A DNA stretch of 63,685 nt, the filler included, from Phoronis australis (Eukaryota; Animalia; Phoronida): the NCBI GenBank assembly GCA_002633005.1. It is 6 parts of 6 records of this genome, joined end to end, with 100 filler letters (N's around TTAATTAATTAA, not from the genome) between each part and the next. Parts side by side here need not be neighbours in the genome. Positions count along the whole stretch, not along the records: positions 1 to 14,954 come from NMRA01000025.1; 5 more parts are not named here. One strand, 5' to 3'. A program made the position numbers and the translations under genes. A model generated the notes under the pieces. It did not search any database. It was given only the letters and a program-made list of their open reading frames with translations, and was not told the DNA's origin. The first letter of the stretch is position 1; the number at the start of each line of letters is the position of its first letter. Of this stretch, positions 1 to 10,500 are shown piece after piece.

Positions 1-2793
1 TTTCATTATATTGTATTTTCATTGAAGTCCATTTCCGCTTCTACATATAAATGAAACGACAAAACAAAAAATAGCACGATATCATGGAACGCAAGTACGA
101 TTTATTGTCTATCATTGCGATCGAACAGAGTAATATATAAACGGACGAAGAAACGACGAAACCTTGAAAAAATAGCACGATATTATGGAACGTTGAGTGC
201 GATTTCTTGTCATTCATTGAGATCGAAACATTTTAAAGTAGGCCTACAGAGTAACATAGAAACTGAGGCTTTTCCCTCCATGGGAGTACCCCGTCTCTGG
301 AGAATATGTGATCTGCAAAAAACGGGAGGGTACGGCTTACAAAATCGTTGTCCCAGACAGGGCCACGCAGTGGTAGTTGACAAATGTTTTCTTATACTAT
401 TTCTCCATGTTACATGTTTCGCTGTTTTTCTTTTCTCGGCTGTCCTTGACCCTATAGTAGACCTAAGCTTTTCGCTGCAAGGTTGCTTGCTAACTCATAT
501 AACTTCACCACAATTTTCCGAAAAATACCCCACGTAAAATGTGGTCAACGAATCCATCCAATGATGTAAGAAGAAAAGTACGGATCGCTTCTTACTTTGA
601 ACTTGGTCTGAACAAATAGCAAATTGTCGTTCTTACAAAATCCTGAACTCAACTCCAATTCGACTGGGGATAGTTGTAAAACCAACGGTACCAATCTAAA
701 GTTGCTTTTATTAAGGACGGTGGGTTTATAGTCGCCTTCAGCTTGTTCAAGTTATCTGTGTCACTATAGTAATCCTAATTGCATCAAGTAGGCTACAACT
801 TGCCAGTTTTAACGAAACCCAGAGCAACAAAGAAACCAGTTTCTCACAGTTAATTAAAGAGGAGGGCCGGGCTTTAAGGTGGCCAACCCGGGTAGATATG
901 ATCCAAATCAGCCCACATGCCTAGTCCGCCAGCCTGCGTTGGAAACGGTCTCCGGTTATATGTAACCCACCACTTTTGATGCGTTATTAAATGAGTTAAT
1001 CCATATTACCTAACACGTACAGTAACCTGGGCCCAATTGTATAACAGCAATGACGTTGCATTATCACGCGCCAAGTTGTACTTTGAATAATACACCTGAG
1101 GCCACGTTACAATCAAAGTTATTCGGCGTAAAATTTTGAAGTGTTTTATGGCCGGTAGCATGAAACAGTCACAAATAAGGANGAGACCCGTTCTATGAGA
1201 GCAACCGAAAGGCGCAATTCGATTTTCGTTTTAGCCAGCTAACCAGGGTGAAATACTACAGGACTCATAGCGGATATACGTGGCGTGGGCAGACTTTGGC
1301 CAAACCGAGAAGGCGCTGTAAGAGGCACTCGAGCCTCGCTGGTTCCCAACGTGCCTAACCAGCTGGCTACTGACTAGCTAGCGGCACGCAAGGAACCAGC
1401 CAGGCACTCGAGCGAGACGGTCTGAGCGGTACCTTATGTGCCTTACTTGTACACGGCAGGTTAGAACAAGCGAATGTCACCCATCAACAGACACAGTGAA
1501 ATACGGTTCATTAAAAATCTTAATCAGAACAATCAAATGTAGCAGAAATGTTGTAGAGCCGGGAAAGAGAATCATAATAATTAAATATTTTGTATGCTTT
1601 CATTATATTGTATTTTCATTGAAGTCCATTTCCGCTTCTACATATAAATGAAACGACAAAACAAAAAATAGCACGATATCATGGAACGCAAGTACGATTT
1701 ATTGTCTATCATTGCGATCGAACAGAGTAATATATAAACGGACGAAGAAACGACGAAACCTTGAAAAAATAGCACGATATTATGGAACGTTGAGTGCGAT
1801 TTCTTGTCATTCATTGAGATCGAAACATTTTAAAGTAGGCCTACAGAGTAACATAGAAACTGAGGCTTTTCCCTCCATGGGAGTACCCCGTCTCTGGAGA
1901 ATATGTGATGCAAAAAACGGGAGGGTAATGACGGCTTACAAAATCGTTGTCCTAGACAGGGCCACGCAGTGGTAGTTGACAAACGTTTTCTTACACTCAG
2001 TATTTCTCCATGTTACATGTTTCGTTGTTTTTCTTTTCTCGGCTGTACTTGACCCTATAGTAGACCTATAAGCTTTTCGCTGCAAGGTTGCTTGCTAACT
2101 CATATAACTTCACCACCATTTTCCGAAAAATACCCCACGTAAAATGTGGTCAACGAATCCATCCAATGATGTAAGAAGAAAAGTACGGATCGCTTCTTAC
2201 TTTGAACTTGGTCTGAACAAATAGCAAATTGTCGTTCTGACAAAATCCTGAACTCAACTCCAATTCGACTGGGGATAGTTGTCTAACCAACGGTAGCAAT
2301 CTTAAGTTGTTTTTATTATGGACGGTGGGTTTATAGTCGCCTTCAGCTTGTTCGAGTTATCTGTGTCACTATAGTAATCCTAATTGCATCATGTAGGCTA
2401 CAACTTGCCAGTTTTAACGAAACCCAGAGCAACAAAGAAACCAGTTTCTCACAGTTAATTAAAGAGGAGGGCCGGGCTTTAAACTAAGGTGGCCAACCCG
2501 GGTAGATATGATCCAAATCGGCCCACATGCCTAGTCCGCCCGCCTGCGTTGGAAACGGTCTCCGGTATAAGTAACCCACCACTTTTGATGCGTTATTAAA
2601 TGAGTTAATCCACGTATTACCTAACACGTACAGTAACCTGGGCCCAATTGTATAACAGCAATGACGTTGCATTATCACGCGCCAAGTTGTATTTGTTGAA
2701 TAATACACCTGAGGCCACGTTACAATCAAAGTTATTCGGCGTAAATTTTGAATTTTTTTATGGCCGGTAGCATGAAACAGTCACAAATAAGGA
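1..2793. repeat. Near-identical ~1.2-kb duplication (1-1181 vs 1598-2793), probably an uncollapsed haplotype
   Basis: Colinear copies with scattered SNPs and indels; the first copy ends at a single N (1182). Confidence 0.85.
1323..1413. mobile_element. Tiny hairpin MITE-like element
   Basis: Inverted repeat GCCTCGCTGGTTCC/GGAACCAGCCAGGC, with direct repeats AGGCACTCGAGC at 1323 and 1402. Confidence 0.45.
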
Positions 2794-4025
2794 CTCAACT
2801 AAGGTTCCGAAGTATTTATGCATATTTGTGTCTTCATGGACTCACAGATGCAATATTTTTCTATCATTTCATCTTTATTATGAGCTCCTTTGATTAATGA
2901 CATTTACTGATAACTTAAAATTGAGCCCAGAGTTCATTGATAATAAACAGGGACTCAATCCTTAAATTGGGGATGTTGCATGAAAAGCCCAGAAATTACA
3001 TCTAATATGAATTCTAGGCCAATTTCATAACTAACTATAAGTTTTCAAAATCCTAAGTTCGCTTTTGTGACGGAAGGCTGGTTTATAATTGCTTCGGTTA
3101 CAATATGCGTATCACTATACAAGCCAACCCTTTCCTGTCATTGTCTGACTTTACTAACCAATAATAGTGAAAAAGACAAAGCGCACATTGTTGTTGTATA
3201 GTTCGTTTGTGCGAACATCATGCGCGTTTGAGTAAACTAAAACACCCAGCGTTCCTGAAAATGAGGCCATAGCCTAATATTCAAATATAAAACTAGGGAA
3301 ATGACTCGAATATAAGTCATCATCTTACAATCTTCAATGCAGGAATTTACCACAAGCACTCGAGCTGTTGGCGGGCCAAATTGAACACTAAAAGTGTCAC
3401 TTTTTAAAGATATGGTGGCCAATACACATTTAATTAGGACACGTCTGTAAACCGTGTTTCACTTTACCAATAGGGTGACTCCTCGGTATGCATGCGCTCA
3501 GTACCATTTTGATCATTATATACTTGCCTTCATATACGTAAATAAAACAACAAAAATGGATCACGGAAATTTTCGGATATAATGACATCCTTCGTCAGCC
3601 TTAAAAGGCAAAGTTATTGGAATATAAACGCTTGTAAAAAGACTCACCTTTATACGCCTGGAAGTTTTCGTTCGGATACACGTCAATAAAATTGTTCACT
3701 CGAGCACAAAAATAATTTTCAAATTATCATTCCTCAGTTTAATACCCATGCTTCAAATTATATAGACATCATCAAATGTTGTTTTGTCAGTGATACCTTC
3801 GCAGTACAAACAGATAGCAAATAACCGATAAAAACCTCTTTATATTTTTGCTAGAGACATTGCTGTTAAATATTAGGCAAACTGATGTAGAAAGAAAGGT
3901 ACACGCCTGGACTACACGTTCACTTTCACGTGACATCACTAACGAAAGGAAGACTTCTTGGCAACCATCCAGCATAAAGCGAGTTCTTCCGCTAGTCATG
4001 AGGTGGCGCTTTCGTATTTGCAATG

Positions 4026-4580
4026 GTTTTTCCCACGCAGTTCAAGTTCCTTTTATAAGCCGCCAATGATCAATAGACATTGAAATTTCCTCCAATAACA
4101 ATGGGGAGGGCAACTAAAAACTGGGAATTTCCATGAACTTACTAAAGAATTTATTTATCTGGGTCTTCGGGATAGATGAAAATATGGGCTGTAAGTGTGA
4201 CGTTGGGTACACGAAGGATCTCGCGCTGCGAATCCTCGTTCTTGTTTCCTTCCACATCGTGACGGTAAGTACGCCTACTACCGGCAACAATTATCGCCTT
4301 GTAACATAAAGTATTCTAGTTCTAGTACTAGCCTAAATTGAAATCTCGATAATTTTATCAGACGTTGAATGTTTTTGGGGTTATTTCTTCATTGAATTGG
4401 CATGCTTTCAAGGAAATATTATACTTACCGATTGGGCCGACCCACCGTTTCAGGAGGCGTACCTGGGGATTTCCAAAATTGATGAAGAAGTTCAATGACG
4501 GGGATTTTGGAGAAATTTTGTTCAGTTTGGTGTCGCAAGTCGGATACTATTAATAGAAATATTACGCGGTTGGATTTTCC
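4026..4580. promoter_or_regulatory. Cluster of NF-kB-like sites around TNFR exon 1
   Basis: GGGAATTTCC at 4123-4132 and GGGGATTTCC at 4465-4474 match GGGRNWYYCC. Weaker variants occur at ~4026, 4081 and 4571. Confidence 0.5.
4184..4264 (+). CDS. TNFR-like gene exon 1, signal peptide
   Basis: ATG at 4184, hydrophobic stretch LALRILVLVSFHIVT, donor GTAAGT at 4265, phase 0 matching the acceptor before 5912. Confidence 0.7.
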
Positions 4581-7500
4581 TTAAATGCAGTTTCCAGTCT
4601 TTGTTCAGAAACGGGCCAGCCGACTGAGTGTAAAGTTTTAGGTAATTACTTTTGAAATTCATTTACAAATTAAAATGTCATAAAATTGGGATTGAATATA
4701 AAGCGTTGAGGTATACGAGTCATGCGAGAAATGTGCATTTTGATAGAAGTATCCAAAACATTTTATCCTCCCTCCTTTTTCCTGTACAAATCTTGGATCT
4801 GTTATGTGATAGTTGTTGCTTTGTTTCGTTAAACATTGGAGGAGAGGCATTCCTTCGTGACTGAGCCGGCTGTAGTATGTTAGAACTCTTGGGAACTAGC
4901 CGAACTTTAGTGGTAATGATGTGATTAACCTCAGTTGAATTATCGTAAAAATAGCAAAAATGCTATCGAAAATTGCAAGCTTGATCGGTGTGTTTAGGTG
5001 ACCCGCACGGTTAATCTTAAAGCCGCCAGCAAGGCGTGACAGAAAGCTTGAATGTGTGCTCTTCTCAGTCGTTCGCAAGCCTCTACACAACTTAGTCCGG
5101 CGCCAGTTATCAAAGAGACATTTTGCTGCGCACTTTAAATTACAAGGCAAATTTCTATTTTGCGTGTTTTTGCACCTGCTATGTACTGTCAAGGTGTGGG
5201 AGCTTGGTATGAACCTTCGACGAATATAACAGATTTGTGTCTGTGCTGTCAAACCCATACAAACACACTTAAACTAATTCTTTGCTTAATTGTTTCAAAA
5301 TTCAAGTGCCATATTCGAAACAGAGTGGTAAGTTGTCCAATTTGTTAGCAGTTACGGAGTCATATAGGCGTGCCCCTTGTACACCGGAGTATAGGCCTAC
5401 TACAGTAGTCTCTCTAACGACAGCGTGCAATTATGATGCGACAGTTAGTCTCAGCAACTGGATGATGCCTGCTTTTCCCAATTTTATTACTTCGTTTATT
5501 ACAATCTAGAGCATGTACATGAATGGAAAATGTTTGGTTGTGTGACAGCTCCTGCGTGAGGCACTGTAGGCCATTACCTTACAGGACTGTGAGAAGTTGA
5601 TAACACCTGCGCTGGAGGTAGGCTATAGCAAACTGGCAATTTTTCGAAACTTAATTTATATCTAAAATTCCCTGTTCGTGAGTTTGTAGCATTTTCGAAG
5701 TTCTCGCAGGAAAGTGAATCCGCAACTTCTTCATCTGAGGCAAGTCTGGAGCATTTAGCGTTGCAATCACGTGACAACTCAGTGGGCATTTCGTGACTCA
5801 CTGTGACCCACCCTTGCCATACTAACGTACCTGGGTTTTTACTGATATCACAATGGCGTGTGTAATTTCCATGCATCGAATAACACGAGGTGCCCAAAAT
5901 TTATTTTTCAGTGTGGGTCGCTATCTGTTTACGAGGGTCGCAACTGCAGCTTGTGTCCCGCGGGTAAACTGGTTCAACACCATTGCACTGCGAACCAAGA
6001 CACCGTCTGCACTCCTTGTCCAAAGGGAACGTATTCAAATGTGCCAAACCTTTTTGACAGCTGTAAACCTTGTAGGACTGAGTGTCCTAAAACGAACCGA
6101 GCTCAAAGCTTTGTTTTAAGAGATTGTACAGACACACAGGATATCATTTGTTCCTGCGGAGAAGGGCTTTGGTTTGACAACACAAGGGGTCTCTGTCTAC
6201 CGCACAGCAAGTGTCCGCCAGGATTAGATGTAATTAAAAAAGGTAAGCACTTTCTTGAAGGAAGCGCTGTTAGAATGCAAAAGTAGACGCCCGTTTTTTT
6301 GTTGTTTCTGAGAATGAAACAGATTTGAACTGACTGCAGTCCTATTGGTTCACACCTAAAACGTATAACATGATAGAATGTTTGAGTAATCGCATAGCAT
6401 GTGAATTGCATCAGTACAACATTTGTGCTCGACCCTCGCTCAATGTTATGATTCTCACCAAGATGGGTGTTCATACTGATGTCATATAAGGAACTCGTTA
6501 AAGGCTTCAAAGAATAAGCTTGACGACAAAATTATTTGAACATAGCCACATAGGGATATATTTGGCAATACGTAGGAATACTCTGCATGGGCGGCGCAAC
6601 ATAGGGGGCTAAGGGGGGCTATAGTCCCACTTTTTTCAGGGCTGCACCGCCCATAGTCTATGAGCGGTGCACCCCAGGGGGGCTGAGAGGCTTTAGCCCC
6701 CCACTTTTTAGTGCTGCGCCACCCATGCTCTGAGCAGGTGAGTTTATGTTTGTTGTGTTGCCATTTTATCAAGAATTGTATGAAATTTCTAGGTACCTCC
6801 AGTTCTGACGTATTCTGTGGTGTCAAAAAATCATGGACAAAAGTAGAGAGTGCCACAACACCAGGTAACTTTTTTCGATGCTTGAATAAAGAATAAATAG
6901 TAAACAACAATATACATTTTCCTTGTTTGTATAACATCTGTTTCGTATTTTATAGTGTGGACATTTATTATGTAAATCTAGAGAGAGAGGCTGTTAATTT
7001 TTGTAAGTGGTGTCAGGAGTATCATCCATGACAAGGAAGTGTCTCAAGTCACGTGGTACTCGATCGTATCTTTGGCGAAAGTAGTCGGTCGGATTTACAG
7101 CTTCGATAAAATTTACTAAGACGTGAGCATTTTACCCGATTTCTTGACCAAAGTCTATTTCATAAAAGCTTCAACTTTGTTTAAGCAGATCAAATGTCTA
7201 TTACGCTTATTTCAGAAGGTATTGACGCAATACAGGCTTCCTGTGTTCAGACCGGCACTGAGATACCGAGTTTACTACGGCGTACCCAAAAGATGCGGAC
7301 TATTATGTCTGTTTTCTGTTTCGTGGACTATTCTCTCTTGCTTCCAATTTTTAATGTTGTTTTAATTTTGTAGTGTTAAGTAGGCCTACTACAGCAGTTT
7401 CCACGGGATCAGGGAAGATAGGACTAGGAAATACTATAGCCATCTTGGTTGGCATTTCGGTGGCTTCTCTTTGTTTAATAAGCCTCACGGTAAGTCACGG

Positions 7501-10500
7501 TTATACGTCGAGAAACACTGTACATGTTAGGTAAGTCTGTAAAGTTGAGTGATCAATTGTCATGAAACTTGTTAAAGCGGACATGAACACGCCTTTCATC
7601 ACAAAAAACAACTTTTGTATTAGACCACTTGCCGTTACCAAATTGATCTCAAATTGCTCCTAATTAAAACTGGAGACGACTTCAAGGCTCCGAAAGAACT
7701 GGCAGATCGTTACTGCTCGAGTCGAGGGGTAACAAGTTGACTTGTCACGGCGTGTCACTTTATGCGCCGAGTATGGTCTCAACGTAAAACGAGTTTCCAG
7801 TTCTTTGCGAACTCCGAGACCACTTTTTATAGCGACCACGTGGTCAAAATCTAACTTGTCTCACAGCTGTATAATTTACCAAATAATGGACACTCGATAT
7901 GTTTGTAGTTTACAGGCGTAGTCTTTCTGGTGAGGAGACGAAAGCGGAGACACGCTTGGAGAGCAGGTCAGTGAGAAATTCAACTCCTTCGTCAACATTT
8001 GATGATATAGCAATAATCGGTTAATAGTAGAGTAGATGAGGACTTCGTAAGCTCGGACGATGTCGCCTTCTGTCCTTGCTGTACGTGGTGTGGACATGGA
8101 GCGATGGGCGTGGAACTGGCTGGAAGACGCTGATGTTCTTCTTCTTTGGTAGATGAAACTCTGGCTGGATGGCAACACCGCCGTTGACTTCTTGAATATG
8201 GTTAGACTCGTATAAAGCTGGCTTAATGACAATAAGGGTTCATGCTTGTCCTAGGTTGTCTTTCATACTGCCCTGTCAGGACAATTTGACTTCCACTGTT
8301 CGAAAGAGAGTAGAGTAGATGAGGGCAAAGCCCTCGGACAGCTTCGCAATATCGGTGGATCTCGCCTTCTGTCCTTGCTGTGGTTGGTGTGGACGTAGAT
8401 CGAGCGGCAGAACGTGGTAGGCTGGTGGTTGTGGTGGTGATGATGTTCTTCTTCTTGTGGAGACGAGACGCTGGCTGGATGGCAACAGCGTTATTGACAT
8501 CTTAGGTGTGAAGCTGGCTTAATGGCAACAGCTTAGAGTTTGATTCGCACGAAGACGGCTTATTGGCAACAGCTGTCATGCTACTACTTGGTTGTCTTTA
8601 TACTGCACCGTCGGGACAGTTTTTTTTTTCTTCCGTTGTCTTTATACTGCCCCGTCGCCCCTTTGGAATAGTTACCAGTAGCGCAAGGCCCGAACCCTTA
8701 CCCTTGGTGCTTCGGTAGATGCTTGTCACTAGGATTTGGTTGTCTTTATACTGCCTCGTCGGGATAGTTACCAGTAGAGCAGGGCCCGAACCCTTGGTGC
8801 TCCTGGCACTTGCTTGTCACTGGAATAGGTTGTCTTTATACTGCCAGGTCGGGACAGTTTACTGTCGGGTCACTAGGCGGAGGATCTGGGGGCCATTCAG
8901 ATCTGTCTTGAAGTTGGTGTTGACGGAGTCAACGATCAACTGACTGACTTCTTCTTTCTTGAAGTCGAGCCTCAGTTTGGTTATCATAATGCCCACCGCC
9001 AGCTCGGTGTGCGTCATAGCCAGTCTGAGGACCTCTAGGTCTTTTGATGGGCCTGAGCGTATGACAGCTGCTTTGTTTTAGTTGCAGTTTTGTAGTCAGT
9101 GTAGTGACTACAGGACCTGTGGTTGCTGGGTGGGGGTCACCGCAGTTAGCACAGGTCGGTTCTTTCTCCAGGTTTTCACACTCTCTGAAGACTTGCGGTC
9201 ATTATCACAGTGGTTGCATTTGTCAACTTCGGACTTGTGGTCCGAGATGAAGTGGCCGTATTCACGGTACTTGTAGCATCGGAGGGCTGTTTCTGTCTTG
9301 TATTTTTCAGACTTGTGCCTCATCATTCCAACCGAGTGTGCAGCTTTAGAAGTCAGAACGTAAAAATCTAATGATATTCGCACTGTCTTAGGTCACTTAG
9401 TACAGTGAGTGTAGGATAGTTGTATGTGAAATCAAACTTACACCATCGAATTAACACGTTTGCTTGGACTCTGATGGCAAGGCACTGCCTGTGTTTATGG
9501 TATATTTTTACCTTTCCAGAGCAAAGTCTGTTGAGAGGCAGTGAAGACGAGCTGCACTCGATTATGCCAGGTATATACACGGGTAGAAATAATTTGTTTC
9601 CTAAATAATTGTCATGAAATAGTTTTGCGACAAACGGTTTCAGAGACACTTCTATTAGTTCGCTCATTTATTAATTACATTTTTCTTTCATCTACTACCC
9701 AATAGATATTTTCGTATAAAGAATTCTGTTTTTAACAGCCCATTGAAACTAATATGTCTAGGTAACGTTTAACAATCGTGAATTAGTCTTTTTACTGATC
9801 ACCAACAGCAGGGAGCCGCCACTGTTGTTAATGAGCGGGTGGTGAACAATACGTTTTCAATGTGTTGGCTGAAGATATTAACGTTGTCTTTTCTCTTTTC
9901 TTCACAAACGGTACAGGTCATGAGTGTGGCAAAGTCGCTAACTTTTCCAAAATCTTCGATCACTTCGAAACATCAATATAGGCATAACCAATAAGCAATT
10001 GTTGGCGAAAAAACAGTGCCGAAAATTAGGCATTTCTTAATAAGAAAAACGATAATTGTTGAGCACCGACATTGAGGGGACAATCTTTCTCCTTCAACTG
10101 GGTATAATAGATGAACGTGATGTTCCCGTTTTCTTTTTTAGTCCGCCCGCTTTTTTGTTACCAAGAGGTCCACAGCGTCAGGAATTTGAGCCCTCCCCCA
10201 TATTGAAGGCTGGGTGCGCGCATGGAAGGTCGTGAGTTCGAGTCCCACTGGGGTACACTGCTAGACCCAGGTCTCCAACTCCTCAGCTCGGTTTTAGCTA
10301 CATGTTAAAAAAGCGTAAAAGTGATTCCAGGCGATCAGTGCAATGGGCCCACATACGCCGCCTGTGCACGTCTGGTACAACGTGTACCAGACCGCCTGCA
10401 ATTATTTTTATATAGAAACGTCACACAATCGTTTGCCTTCAGCTGGCCACCATTTACATGAAATTGTTTTGAAAATGAATTTCTGAATAATCTAAACAAT

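Noticed and set aside
115-537. 140-aa ORF and its copy at 1712-1975
   Set aside because: Non-ATG start, frameshifted between the two copies, no recognisable domain.
8250-8870. CRISPR-like repeat/spacer appearance
   Set aside because: Eukaryotic intron, degenerate repeats, irregular and mutually similar spacers, and no cas genes; better explained as retroelement coding repeats.
9812-9910. Possible exon with a hydrophobic stretch (MCWLKILTLSFLFSSQT)
   Set aside because: Phase 0-0, so it does not restore the TNFR-ZU5 frame; weak acceptor and no supporting homology.
10226-10255. tRNA-like B box GTTCGAGTCC
   Set aside because: No complete cloverleaf or A box; at most a SINE fragment.
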